64,000 nucleotides of DNA from Oopsacas minuta (GCA_024704765.1 JAKMXF010000055.1:587815-651814), one strand, 5' to 3'; counted from the stretch's first letter, positions 23,026 through 37,100 are shown. The notes: generated from the sequence alone by a model not told the origin. Numbers and translations are program-made.

Positions 23026-25538
23026 TCAATCATGAAAATAGTGGGGGGTACTTTGCAAGAATATATCATAGAAAAGAAGTGAGCAAATGAAGGTATTTAC
23101 AGTTATATCAAAGTCTAAGGGTCTGTTAAGAAAACGTAACCATATAGCAGACAGCCCTTTGTCCTGAGGAAGCGTATAGCAAGGGTTATTGGGTCCATTC
23201 TTATAGCCAGAGTTGCAACCAACAACAGAACAATTACACAACTCAACAAGATTTCTCATCAGAGATCATATACATTTATCTTAGCATACATTTGAATGCT
23301 GAACTCGAATCTGCAAACAGAATTTCTATAGCACGTCTAGTTATTCTGAAATACAATATCCATTTTTTCAATAGTTAGTATTGCCTAGGTACTAAATTGC
23401 AATATGAGCATGCCTATTTTGATTCAATTATCTGGAATATAAATGACTTTACTTATTTGAATTCAAGCAAATCAAATTATAAACATGCATCGTAATTGTA
23501 GAACTCATCCCGACAATTTCTGTTACGTTTGTGGTCTTTTTTGCGTAAAATCACAAAGACGTCCAATCACAAATCAATTAAAGAACATATACAAATTGTA
23601 CTTCGAATGTCCACTTGGTGACCAAGACAAGTCGTGGGCACCACATGTTATATGCACTTCTTGTTCAAGTGGACTACATGATTGGTTGAACAAAAGGAAA
23701 GTTTCAATGCCATTTGCAACACCCATGGTCTGGAGGGAACAGAAAAATCACCTAGATGATTGTTACTTTGCCTTATCGACATTACAGGATTCTCAGCCAA
23801 GAATAAGCACGCTCTTGTTTACCCAGACTTGGATTCTACTCGCAGGCCAATTCCACACGACATCTCATTACCAATCCCAATTTTCAAGCCACAGCAAACT
23901 AAAATTGGGTCTGATATGGTGGAAGATGTTCATGCAGATTCTACAGATGCTAATTATGTTCCGGAAGATGAATTACTAGAGCCACAAACATTTACACTGG
24001 GAGAATTGAATGACCTGGTCAGGGATCTAGACTTATCTAAAGACAAAGCTGAACTCTTTGCATCCAGGCTCAAACAGAAAACCTACTCGACAAAGATGTC
24101 CTGTATCCCACTATCGCAAGCGAAATTTCGATCTCGCTCAATACTACACCACTGATGGTCCAGTGTGCTATTGTAATGATATCGAAGGCTCTATGGAAAC
24201 CTATTACAAGAACATTCTTCCTCTGATTGGCGTCTTTTCACCGACTCGTCAAAACGCAGTTTGAAAGCTGTTCTGTTGCATAACGGAAATCTAAAAAGCC
24301 TGGCGTTCCAATTGTTCACTCCGTCTATCTCAAAGATACCTTCGCCAATTTGGAGGAAGTTTTGGAAGCAACACAGTATAGAACACATATATGGAATATC
24401 TGCTGTGATCTTAAGATAATCGGGCTATTGATGGGCTTGCAACAAGGTTTTACAATGTATTGTTGTTTCCTATGTCTCTGGGACAGCCGAGCAACTGGTG
24501 AACATTATAAAAAATGTGATGGGCCGAAGAGAACCTATGAAGTGGGGAAAACCAATTTACAGCATTCGCCATTGGTAGATCCAAACAAAGTTTTCTTACT
24601 CCCACTTCATATTAAACTTGGATTAATGAAAACATTCGTTAAAACAATGGGCATAACATATTCCGCAGGATTTCTGCATTTGGTTGGCAAATTTCCGAAA
24701 TTAAGCAAGGGCAAAGTTAAAAGAGGGAGTATTTGTCGGACCACAAATCAGATAAGTATTCAGAGATCCAGATTTCAAGAAGACATTATCCGAATTAGAA
24801 ATGTGTGCTTGGAATTCTTTCAAATGGGTTTGTGAAAAGTTTTTGGGCAACAAGAAGTCGTCCAACTACAGAGAAGGAGTGGAAACCTTGCTTAACGCAT
24901 ACGAGAAGATGGACTGTCACATGCCGCTAAAACTTCACTTCTTGCACTCTCACCTTGATTTTTTCCCTGAGAACCTTGGTGCTGTAAGTGATGAACCGGG
25001 TGAGAGATTCCACCAAGACATACAGGAGATGGAAACCCGATACCAAGGTTTCTGGAATGAGGGCATGATGTCCGATTACTGTTGGTGGCTCTTCAGAGAT
25101 AATCCCAACAAGATATATTAAAGGAAGTCGTACTCTCTACACTTTTAATTTAGTTAGCTACCTTTATACTTCTAGATGGATATGTATTTCCCTTTAGTTT
25201 GTGAGTAGTTGATACATGCATGAATGTGAATAATTATACGTAAGAGCTAGGATAATAACTGATATTATCTTGGCATTAATCTAAAACATCGAAACGTTGA
25301 TTAATTTCAGATGGCTATCATGTAAGAAGACAAAAAGACAGCCACTACCCATAAAATAACAGGAAAAAATTAGGAAATACATAAAAATCGGTAACTTGTG
25401 GATGGAAACAATACTGAACGTGCTGGAAAGAATCTGAAAGCAGATTTGAATTCAGCGTAAAAACTAGCTTAGAAAATGTCAATCTAATACTTGAGGAGAA
25501 AATGAAGTTAAATTTTGTTGACCTGTGTTATTAGGCAT
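23026..25538 (-). pseudogene. THAP-domain gene split in codon 4 by Chapaev3 copy 1
   Basis: Removing 23237-25527 and one TTA restores ATG CCT AAT AAT TGT TCT GTT GTT GGT TGC, i.e. MPNNCSVVGCNSGY..LP..W..FLNR..ICSLLF. The His of the C2CH motif reads as Leu. Confidence 0.82.
23237..25527 (+). mobile_element. Chapaev3 (CMC superfamily) copy 1, 2291 bp, frameshifted transposase 23485-25148
   Basis: Ends CACAACTCAACAAGATTT and (reverse complement) CACAGGTCAACAAAATTT. 3-bp TSD TTA at 23234-36 and 25528-30. Motifs CRTHPDNFCYVCG, WAPHVICTSC, ICCDLKII, CCFLCLWDSRA, LHIKLGLMK, LHSHLDFF and SDEPGERFHQDI. Confidence 0.93.
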
Positions 25539-26527
25539 CAATATTATGTTTTCATATTGAGAATTGAGTGCTAAATGATCAGGTTAGTCATAGGGATGTA
25601 CGTGTAGGTAAACGTGGAATAAAGATTTCGAAATGTTTTATTATTCTGAAAAGATTTTATCTATTTTATAATTCATCAAATAATTATACTTGTGATTTGA
25701 TATGAACAAATATCAAGCTAAGCCATAACGATGTTACATGATCATGAAACTATTTTGATGAGTATTTACTAGCTTATATTAAGATTATCGAAGTGATTCC
25801 GTAGTATGTGGAAACCAATTTATAGTTGAATTTGTAATGATAACTGCAATCCTTCACGATCAGACAGAACATAATCAGTGCACGGAATTTGCTGGCAATT
25901 CTTTGCTTAGCCAGCCGTGTATATAGTAAGACATGATCAGGAAATAGTTCAATTATTGTATAGGAACAAGATAGAAGCAAGAAGTACTTTGGATAGTGAG
26001 CAGTAATTTTTGGTTTCCTGTTACAACCTAGTTCGAAGATACATTAGACTAAGGAAAAATTAGAAATTTGGAAAGGCGATTGAAGTAAAGAACTCTATAA
26101 ATAGGGGATGTTTGGCGAGCGAATCCTGATAATCTCTCAATTCCCCATTGAAAATAGTAAATACCTTAGAACGAAAATAAATTCATGATAGCGATGTACA
26201 TCTGTATTTCCAATTTTTCAACATAAATCTAATATTCACAAACTTTACTTTAGAATACCAACTTATTACTGGAAATTTCAATGATTTGAGGATAATTTCT
26301 ATATGACATGATTCATTGCCTACTTGTAGAGGTTCCCCATGATAAGTCCCAGGAATAAACAACCTCCATTTCCATGTCAAAAGATAGATGTACTCACCGA
26401 GAGACATGGCCTAATAAATATACGACTAAATATGTCCCCGAGAAGGCCGACTGAAAATGTATCAAACAACATTTTTAGAAATACGTATAATGGAGCTTAA
26501 GATGTAATCATTATATATAGTAACATA

Positions 26528-26620
26528 CAGTAGAGTCTCCGAAAACGGACACCTTGGTCACATGGCTTCTGTCCTTTGTAGAGAATTGTTCACTTCTCAG
26601 CGACTGCTCCATCTTTTTAT
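26528..26620. mobile_element. pogo/Tigger-like MITE, left part
   Basis: TA followed by CAGTAGAGTCTCCGAAAACGGACAC, which is inverted-homologous to 28601-28625. Confidence 0.55.
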
Positions 26621-26729
26621 AAAAAGCCTTAAAATTTTATCATTTTGAATGCAGTTGTAGATGTAATAAAGTTGAAAAGTTATTGAAGAAGTCACAAGGT
26701 TCATTATACTGCGATAAGAATGAATACTA

Positions 26730-28018
26730 GGGCGTTCAATAAGTCTTTCGGGTGATATCATAGAATATGATACAAACACTATACACACTATTTCACTATA
26801 TTATATATTCAAGTAATTACCTCCTGCAGATACACAAAGTTTTACGTTTCTACCCACTTGTAAAAGACATTTCTGTACTCTTCTTCGGGGATGGATTTTA
26901 AGTACTGGTACAAGCCTGTTCTGAGTGCTTGCAATGTGTTAAAATCTTTGCCTTGAAGGTAGATTATAAGCTTGGGGAATAGCCAAAAATCACACGGAGC
27001 TAGGTTGGTGAGTATGGTGGATGGGGAAGTAATTCTAACCCCTACATCCAAGAAACTTTTGGTAAGCTTAGTTGTTCTTCGAGTTCCGGTTTCCGGGCGG
27101 TACTTTGGATATTTTTTATCAAATTTGGAAGCACTTGCTCTGTAAAGAAAGTAGCAGTAACAGCCTTGCCACTCTCACAAGGTAATTGCAAGACAATTGG
27201 ATGACTACTGAAGAAGATGATATACATACTTTTAGGTTTTCTGAAGTCGGGCCAAGGAATTTTAGCCGGTTGTTCGTCGCCCCTCACCCATGATCGCTTC
27301 TTATACTCGCTATATGGTGTTGAATAGTATACCCACGTCTCGTCATCAGTAATAATCTCTGTTAGGCGTCTAGAATAGCAGTTCTCATAAGTTTCCAAGA
27401 GTTTCTTGGTAATATTCAGTCGTGCCAACCTTTGATTCTCACTGAGCTTATACGGTACCCATTTCCCACAAATCGCACGGTAGCCAAGCTCAGTCGTCAG
27501 AATTGTATGAATAGCTCCCGATGAAATCTCCATACTTTGTTCTAACTGATTTACAGTAATGCACTTGTCTTCCATGACCATACTTTCAATGAGTACGATA
27601 TTCTCTGAAGTTGTAGTGGATACCGCTCTTCCAGATTGAGGCAAATCTGTGACATCAGCATCACCAGATCTAAAACGGGCAGCCCATCGCTCTACAGTGG
27701 ATCTGGAAGGGCAATCTCGGCAGATTATCTCCTGTAACTCACTGAAGATTTGTATGAGGTGGAACTTGAGTATTGTGCGAAACTCTATGTAAGTTCGTCA
27801 TTTGAGGTTGAAATTATCATCCTTTGAAGCCATAAATTCAACGTGGGTATAAATTGACTACACGTAACTATCTTAAAAATTCATAATTTGTATTGAATAA
27901 GCTTGACATTTTCAGTATATGGAGTTTAACTATATGGGCATATAATATATGAATGTTAGATATATTACCTGACTAATTCCTAAGATATATCATGACTCGC
28001 AAGAATTATTGAACGCCC
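26730..28018 (-). mobile_element. mariner family A, near full-length (1289 bp), transposase pseudogene (about 26820-27830)
   Basis: TIRs GGGCGTTCAATAA / TTATTGAACGCCC with TA on the left. Motifs SRSTVERWAARFRSG, IITDDETWVY, LPHPPYSP and APCDFWLFPKL. The HDNA segment appears deleted. Confidence 0.92.
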
Positions 28019-28439
28019 TGATATAACATAGAGTATAACAGATGAGTACGTAAGCATATTGGCAATGCTTTATACTCTATATTAGAATGGGTGCACATAA
28101 AGTCAGGAAGATAACTTTGTCTACTGGTTGACACTTGCAGACCAGCTACAGTACCTATTGTGGTGACAATGCTCATAGCTATCTCAAACACCCTCGGCTT
28201 CCATATTTTGAGAAGAGAAGTAGATAAAGGATGTGATGAGGTTATGGGAGAGAAAAAACAGAGGAGCAGGTTACGAAGTAGAAGTCCAATGTGTGTACCG
28301 CCTTTATGGACCCAAAGTTGACATTGACAAGATGAAAGATTTGAAAGACATGGGACTTGTATAGCACTCATATTAGTATTTAATTTTGTGATATCTATGA
28401 AAGTTATTGGTTGCAGTTTCTGACTCCCCGTTCTTGGGA

Positions 28440-28625
28440 GATAATTTTGAATAAGACACGCCATTTGGGGCTAGTGCCCTGTCCTTTTTTCGGAATTCGG
28501 AGTTGTCCGCTCCTCGGAGAATACTTAAGTATTACATGCTTGGCAAATTCAATCGGTGACACGAGATATGTCCATTATAAGGGATTGTTCGCTTCTCAGA
28601 GTGTCCGTTTTGAGAAACTCCACTG
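28440..28625. mobile_element. pogo/Tigger-like MITE, right part
   Basis: Ends GTGTCCGTTTTGAGAAACTCCACTG and carries internal GTCC..TTCTCAG repeats like those at 26570-26600. Confidence 0.55.
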
Positions 28626-29499
28626 GAGTATCAAAGAATATTTCAATTGCATAAAATATGATGCCTCATTTCAAAAGATATTCAAAAGGTACTAGCAATA
28701 AGCAAATGAAATAGAGTAAAAATAGGAAGTTAACTATTGCAGAAACTACAGAAATAAAGTTTAGGGTCATATGAGTCATAGTCTTTGAATTATAGCCTCA
28801 ACTAACAGAAACAAATTTATTTAGTACAACATAAAATGGGCTCACATGCCATTCATACCAACAAAATCATTTAAAGTTCGCTTTTGCCAAGATATACAAC
28901 TATCAAGCACAAAAAAACTGAAAACATGATTTAAACACTTTCCTCAAAAATAGCTTTTGGGAAACGCCTGATGAGATGACAATTTCAGTAAATAGAAATG
29001 CATAAATTTATACTATAATCGTATATGTCAGAATACATACTTAAGCTGTATCATATATAATTCTCGAGATATATGGTAGTGACAAATTAGCAGTCGCCAT
29101 TCTCATTTTCAAGGCCCCTTGGGGACATATTCGTAGTGTATTTAGTAGGACATTGCTAAAAGCATACCTCAATTATACGGTATGCGGATCTTGCTCGAAG
29201 CTTGACACGGAATGAAACCGGATAATACTTATTTGCTTGTATTATTTGTAATTATGCACACAAAAAGTAGATAGAACAAAATTAATGGGAAATAATGATT
29301 CGCTTTAACCAGAAAATTTAGGAGCCTAAGGGGGTGATCTTTCGAGGAGCGCAAGTATTTGAGGTAATAAGGTACTCTTAATACCTTACATCTGGATTGC
29401 GAGGCAAAGTTTTGGTCCAATACATTGTCCAATAAAAGTTGAAATTGTGAGCTGCATTGCAGTACACATATAATTGGAAATTCAGTGGTTATATGACCA

Positions 29500-30550
29500 T
29501 TATCCTTCAAAATAACTACATTATTCACTTGATTTTAAAGGAAAAAATAAAGCAAAGTACTGAATATTAACAATGTTACAAAGACCAATTGCGGCATCAC
29601 TAAATCAAACAAGAGACATTCAAATATAAATGATTAAAGTCACCATATTGAGAGCAAGAAAAAACGATGCGAAAAGTACAACAAATTAGCAAAAGTCCAA
29701 CAAAATATTCAGCAAATATGGACAATCAGGAAGAGATTTGGCCAGACCAATCCCTGATGACAATGCAAAAGACATATAATCAATCGTGAATAATTCAGAA
29801 ATATACAAATATGTAATCTAATATACTTAAAGAAATAAATAAATATTCAAAATTACCTTTCAAAATCCATAGAATAAGGGTCAAAATCTGTGAAACCAAA
29901 AATACCGAAAAAGAGGTAGCATATGAAAGTTCTTTCTGAGTTAGTGTGAATTCCATGATATTTTCCAATAATTGAGTACACATGAATAGTGTATGAAAGA
30001 GGAATTTCGTTAAAAACTAGAAAATAAAAATAGCAAGATGGAAATAATATCATGCATGAAGACCAAATGGTTGAGAAAAAATATGACTATAGGTAAAAAG
30101 AATAATTACAATAGGGTTTGTGAATTTGAACATTGATTTATATAAAAATCAGATAGTAAAGGAAGAAATATCTTTTGTCATACCATTCAATACAAAAAGC
30201 AATGATGTGCTTCTCTATAGTTGGAAAAAGGATAAAATAGTGAATGAAATTATTTAGGTAAAAGTATTAATAACAAAATATCAAGATGATACATGTACAT
30301 CGAATATTCTTAGTGCTAATCCATAGAAATATAGAAGGTCTATACCTTTAATATATTTCTAGATCCAATTCAAGTAATCTGAATTCTTAAAGAGCGATAT
30401 TGGTAACAATAATGCAATCTTATGAAGCACCGTAGAGAATTAAGCGTGGTCACAAAAATCAAAATCGTTTTCAGAGATGCGATCATCCAAAATAAGACAA
30501 ATAATCAAGTTTATGTTGGCATAATCTATAGTCAAAGTAATGGCGATGGG
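29500..30550 (-). pseudogene. decayed multi-pass membrane protein, possibly TRP-channel-like
   Basis: Stop-riddled hydrophobic segments YGLALRIF, LLFVLNGMTKDISSFTI and YLFFGIFGFTDFD resemble TRP S3, S4-S5 linker and pore segments in the right order. Motif recall only. Confidence 0.3.
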
Positions 30551-30596
30551 TAGCATATAATGTTCAATTGTTGAAAATAACTAATCAACATAAATA

Positions 30597-33500
30597 AAAG
30601 GATTGTTGAATACATAACACAGGTCAACAAAATTTAACTTCATTTTCTCCTCAAGTATTAGATTGACATTTTCTAAGCTAGTTTTTACGCTGAATTCAAA
30701 TCTGCTTCCAGATTCTTTCCAGCACGTCCAGTATTGTTTCCATCCACAAGTTACCGATTTTTATGTATTTCCTAAATTTTTCCTGTTATTTTATGGGTAG
30801 TGGCTGTCTTTTTGTCTTCTTACATGATAGCCATCTGAAATTAATCAACGTTTCGATGTTTTAGATTAATGCCAAGATAATATCAGTTATTATCCTAGCT
30901 CTTACGTATAATTATTCACATTCATGCATGTATCAACTACTCACAAACTAAGGGGAAATACATATCCATCTAGAAGTATAAAGGTAGCTAACTAAATTAA
31001 AAGTGTAGAGAGTACGACTTCCTTTAATATATCTTGTTGGGATTATCTCTGAAGAGCCACCAACAGTAATCGGACATCATGCCCTCATTCCAGAAACCTT
31101 GGTATCGGGTTTCCATCTCCTGTATGTCTTGGTGGAATCTCTCACCCGGTTCATCACTTACAGCACCAAGGTTCTCAGGGAAAAAATCAAGGTGAGAGTG
31201 CAAGAAGTGAAGTTTTAGCGGCATGTGACAGTCCATCTTCTCGTATGCGTTAAGCAAGGTTTCCACTCCTTCTCTGTAGTTGGACGACTTCTTGTTGCCC
31301 AAAAACTTTTCACAAACCCATTTGAAAGAATTCCAAGCACACATTTCTAATTCGGATAATGTCTTCTTGAAATCTGGATCTCTGAATACTTATCTGATTT
31401 GTGGTCCGACAAATACTCCCTCTTTTAACTTTGCCCTTGCTTAATTTCGGAAATTTGCCAACCAAATGCAGAAATCCTGCGGAATATGTTATGCCCATTG
31501 TTTTAACGAATGTTTTCATTAATCCAAGTTTAATATGAAGTGGGAGTAAGAAAACTTTGTTTGGATCTACCAATGGCGAATGCTGTAAATTGGTTTTCCC
31601 CACTTCATAGGTTCTCTTCGGCCCATCACATTTTTTATAATGTTCACCAGTTGCTCGGCTGTCCCAGAGACATAGGAAACAACAATACATTGTAAAACCT
31701 TGTTGCAAGCCCATCAATAGCCCGATTATCTTAAGATCACAGCAGATATTCCATATATGTGTTCTATACTGTGTTGCTTCCAAAACTTCCTCCAAATTGG
31801 CGAAGGTATCTTTGAGATAGACGGAGTGAACAATTGGAACGCCAGGCTTTTTAGATTTCCGTTATGCAACAGAACAGCTTTCAAACTGCGTTTTGACGAG
31901 TCGGTGAAAAGACGCCAATCAGAGGAAGAATGTTCTTGTAATAGGTTTCCATAGAGCCTTCGATATCATTACAATAGCACACTGGACCATCAGTGGTGTA
32001 GTATTGAGCGAGATCGAAATTTCGCTTGCGATAGTGGGATACAGGACATCTTTGTCGAGTAGGTTTTCTGTTTGAGCCTGGATGCAAAGAGTTCAGCTTT
32101 GTCTTTAGATAAGTCTAGATCCCTGACCAGGTCATTCAATTCTCCCAGTGTAAATGTTTGTGGCTCTAGTAATTCATCTTCCGGAACATAATTAGCATCT
32201 GTAGAATCTGCATGAACATCTTCCACCATATCAGACCCAATTTTAATTTGCTGTGGCTTGAAAATTGGGATTGGTAATGAGATGTCGTGTGGAATTGGCC
32301 TGCGAGCAGAATCCAAGTCTGGGTAAACAAGAGCGTGCTTATTCTTGGCTGAGAATCCTGTAATGTCGATAAGGCAAAGTAACAATCATCTAGGTGATTT
32401 TTCTGTTCCCCCAGACCATGGGTATTGCAAATGGCATTGAAACTTTCCTTTTGTTCAACCAATCACGTAGTCCACTTGAACCAGAAGTGCATATAACATG
32501 TGGTGCCCACGACTTGTCTTGGTCACCAAGTGGACATTCGAAGTACAATTTGTATATGTTCTTTAATTGATTTGTGATTGGACGTCTTTGTGATTTTACG
32601 CAAAAAAGACCACAAACGTAACAGAAATTGTCGGGATGAGTTCTACAATTACGATGCATGTTTATAATTTGATTTGCTTGAATTCAAATAAGTAAAGTCA
32701 TTTATATTCCAGATAATTGAATCAAAATAGGCATGCTCATATAGCAATTTAGTACCTAGGCAATACTATACTATTGAAAAAATGGATATTGTATTTCAGA
32801 ATAACTAGACGTGCTATAGAAATTCTGTTTGCAGATTCGAGTTCAGCATTCAAATGTATGCTAAGATAAATGTATATGATCTCTGATGAGAAATCTTGTT
32901 GAGTTGTGTAATGAGACTTATGTCATAATTCATATAGTAAACCTATACTTATCATAATTGATTATCAAGTGTTTCGAGAAATTCTCCCTTGAACTTAACA
33001 CATCCTTTTAGTAACTTTTCCAGCCCAGTGGTTTAGAATTCTTTATGGGTCCCTTTTTCCCATTGTTTTATTTCATACTCTAGCCGTTTGAAATCCTCAA
33101 ATATCTTCCCTCGAAGAGGTCTCCTTATGTCTCCAAATAACCAGTAGCCGCTGGGAGCCAGGTCTGGACTATACGGAGGATGAGGGAGGCATTCGAATCC
33201 CATGTCATCAATTGCAGCCATTGTCTTAGAACTTAAATGGCGCCTTGCGTTGTCATGTTGCAGCAATACGCTCGTGTCAACTTGCCTCGCTTCTCACGTT
33301 TAATCGCTTGACGCAATTCTTTCAATTCGCCAACGTAATAATCACTGTTTATGGTTGTCTTCTCAGGCAACCAGTCGAAGTGATAATTCCTATCCCAAAA
33401 TACTGTTGCCATTCTCTTCCCTGCTGATTTTGCGCCTTTATATTTATGGGTAGAGGTTCATCACGTCTCTTCCACTGCTTCGAATGAGTTTTACTCTCTG

Positions 33501-34183
33501 GTTCATGATAATGAAACCAAGTTTCATCCCCAGTAATATACAATCACAAAGGTCTTCCTCTGCCTTGTGTCTTGAAAGTAATTCTTGCTAACTCTGGCCC
33601 TTTCGCGTTTTAGTTCTTTTGAAAGAAATTTTGGGCCCAACGCGCAGTTACCTACGACATTTCCAGATCTTCACTGATAATCGAGTGTAGTGTGGCTTTT
33701 GATATACCTACCCACTCTTCAATCTCTCGCAGGATTATTCGTCTGTCTTCGTCCAAATTGTTTGGACCCTCTCGATATTCCTGCGGGTTTTTGAGGAATT
33801 CGGACGACCTGGACGAGGGTCATCGTGGAGTTCCTCATCGCCATTATCAAAACGTTCAATCTATCTATATATGGTGGCTTTCGAAGGACATTCATCACTG
33901 AAAATATCCTGCATTTCACGAAGAATGTATGAGCCCGTCTTCCCATTTTTCCACAGGTACCAAATTATTTGTCGTTTTCCTTCTTTGCTAAAATCCATTA
34001 GTTGAAAAACGTGGCCTATACAAATGAAACTTTATACCGAAGAATATGCTAGTAGAGTAAAGAGAATATTGTATCGAAGTTAGACAACCAAGTTAGGCTC
34101 GTAATCTAATATTAAACTTAGAGCTGTATTGACTAGAATATGAAATCGATACATTAGTCTTATTACTTATTGAACAACCCTTG
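30597..34183 (-). mobile_element. mariner family C (1293 bp net), with Chapaev3 copy 2 inserted in its 3' TIR
   Basis: 5' TIR CAAGGGTTGTTCAATAAGTAATAAGAC with TA at 34184-85. The 3' TIR is rebuilt across the insertion (23/29 match including the TA; TA at 30595-96). Motifs ITGDETWFHY, LQHDNARRH and PHPPYSPDLAPS. Confidence 0.88.
30618..32908 (-). mobile_element. Chapaev3 copy 2, 2291 bp, near-identical inverted copy of 23237-25527
   Basis: Same length and ends as copy 1. TSD TAA at 30615-17 and 32909-11. The 106-aa, 161-aa and 68-aa ORF fragments are identical to those of copy 1. Confidence 0.95.
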
Positions 34184-37100
34184 TACATACCACACATCGA
34201 ATCGGAAACAGATTATATATGCCCAAATTCCCTATACCCTGATAATACATTTTGATATCTTACCTGATTGATTTATGAGGTAACCATCAAATAAACCATA
34301 AATGGTCTTGTTCAAGATTGAGCAAAATTGTATTTAATATGACATCAAACTTATTATTCGGATATCGGAAGTCAGATAGATAGATACTATTACAAGAGAA
34401 TTAGGTATATAGGTTAAGAAGTTATGGGTGAATATAAATCAAAATATGCTATGGAAGGATACTACAACAACTGTAGAACTTGTCAACATATTATTACAGT
34501 ATGTATTTTGCATGAAATCATCCCCAAAGAAGATAAATAAATTTTGTAGAAGCTATAAGTAATTCTATAGTTAAAGTTGCGCCAGTAATATGTTCTAGAA
34601 CTGGTAGAGCACAGTAGCGCAATATGCTGAAATAAGCATATCTTAAACAACCTATTTGAGAGTATTGTTAGGTTTCACCATATTTAATGATCGAGAAAAT
34701 AGTTTACCATTATCTAGTATTATAGAAATCCTAAATACAGCAGCCAAACATATATAATAAAAAGGGACCAAAGGTGAATAAATAAGGCTAATAATTATTT
34801 GGAGAAACTCTAAAATCTTTACACATCAAAGGTAGACATTAGGAGCATAATGATCATCCGTGGAGGCAAAGCGACAAAAATATATTAATGACTGAAAGCT
34901 GCGTTAATTTCAAGATAAAGCTGATCGGAAATGGAACACAGTCTCTTATAAAATCAGACTGCACCTGATAATACAATTATAGAGCTGGGTCTTGGAATAA
35001 CTAAAGTTAAGTTCAATGCGCACCAAACAACCCCATTATCAGTGGTATAGCAAGGGGGTGGCTGTGCAAGCTAAAGAAACACCGTCATCATAATGTCAAA
35101 ATTGCCATTAGAATATTACCCGTGGACTGCACAAGTGGGACACAATATCCCAAGAGAAAAATAATACTTACAATAATTGAAACTATGCAAAATGTGGTAT
35201 GGTATGATTGAATAACCCTAATAATCAGTTAGTAAAAAGATATTCGTGCAAAAATCCGTGAACATGACACTCCTGCATTTTCTATGGACATAATGGACGT
35301 TTGATAGGTTAATAATAATTATTAATAGAAAACTTTGGACGATAGATATATTCATACAAATAATATTATGGGATCATGAAAAATAACTAGGTTCGTTTTT
35401 CACATAGAAATACAATTCAGAATTGAATGTTTTGTATTGTGTGTGAAATCCGTTGGGTAGGAACTATTGCAAATTCTCCAAAGTGATGTACACCATCTGG
35501 AACAATGGGAGAAGTCAAGTGCATGTATTAAACATAAATATTTTCTAAAATTGAGATTTGATGTTAGTCTGAGAAAATTATGTATTTTTCCGAAGATAGA
35601 TATTTTGATAAATTCAAATTTAGAAAAGTTTGCAAGAAATTAAGTTCCTAAATTGTTGTAAATTTGAAATGATTGTATATACAACTTCAAGACTTCTAGC
35701 ATTTTTAAGATATAGGTAAATGTGAAATGACTTTTACAATTACTGTATGAATATATGTATGATGTGACAACATTAATTCTCGAATTATGTCCCAACCCTA
35801 TTGAGTGACCCCTTGTTCTCTGTCTATGTGTATATCTATCCTCGATAGACGTCAAATTGGTAACATCAAAATGAATCATAAGGATATGGGAAGTCAGGTA
35901 CATACTATAAATTAGATAAGCTGAATATGAATGAATTTTAACGATTATCGAATTCTATTTGGATATTCATAAAAATGTCCAATCCATAGAATCTCCATGA
36001 CAAAATTTGATATCTTGCAAAAAGGTATCCATAGATGTGTTAATCCCTGAATGAATGATGCATCATGTACGATACGAAAATAGATCAAAGCAGGCATATT
36101 TGAAACAAATATTCTCATAGACACATTTCACACGTTACTGAATTTTTAGTATATTTTGGGTGACAATATATTGTTCTACAAATATGCAATACATTACTTG
36201 GGCTGATATGCACCGTTTCTGCAATATAGATCTACAAATAAAATACCTTAATCTCCGACCGCATCTCTGTTCCAAAATTCACAAGAGATTGGTAGGCCTT
36301 ATATTAGAGTAACCTATGCTTGAGTGGAAGTATATATTACGCCTTAATCGCCTTTGTTACATTGTGCTATATTTTGAAGAATCTACTGATTATAGGGACA
36401 AATACACAAAATGCAGGCAAATAGCCATGATTATATGGATATAAATGTGTATAATATATGCCTAAACTTTTCTCTTAAGCGCACTTTAAGTGTCAACGGA
36501 CAAATAATTCCTGCAGAAGGTCAAACTGGTGTTGCAGCTAGAGCGCATGCATTCTTTGGGGCTCTTCCAAAATTCCATCTGCTGTTACTTTGAATAAGTA
36601 CTCACATCTACCTCTATGAAATCCGTCTTGATGGAGGATTTGTAGTCCATTGAGCATGCATATCCAATATGTTATGCGATATTTGAACTCAAAAATTACT
36701 CTATAACAAAGATATTCCTTTACATTCAGTGGAGTCCGGACGATAATTAAATACGGTGTGATTAGATAATTATTGACTGTAAAGTGTATATATCAAAACC
36801 ATGGAGTCCATGAAATGAGGAATGTTGGCACTCATTCTTCGGTACATGAATTAGTATCAAATGATATTTCGTTATTGGGCAAAGTTTGACACATGAAATG
36901 TATTATTGTCGGATAGGAAATCATAGTTAGGGAGTCACTTGATCATATTGGTTTTTTTGGAATAACTGTGGAATATGAGCTAGTGGTTATTACAACTATC
37001 TCTGCTATTAGGAATTTATAGTTACTAGGCAATTCAAACTGAAAAACTAAGCATAAACATCTGGGTCAAATAAATCTATCGAATTCTGAATAGAAAATTA

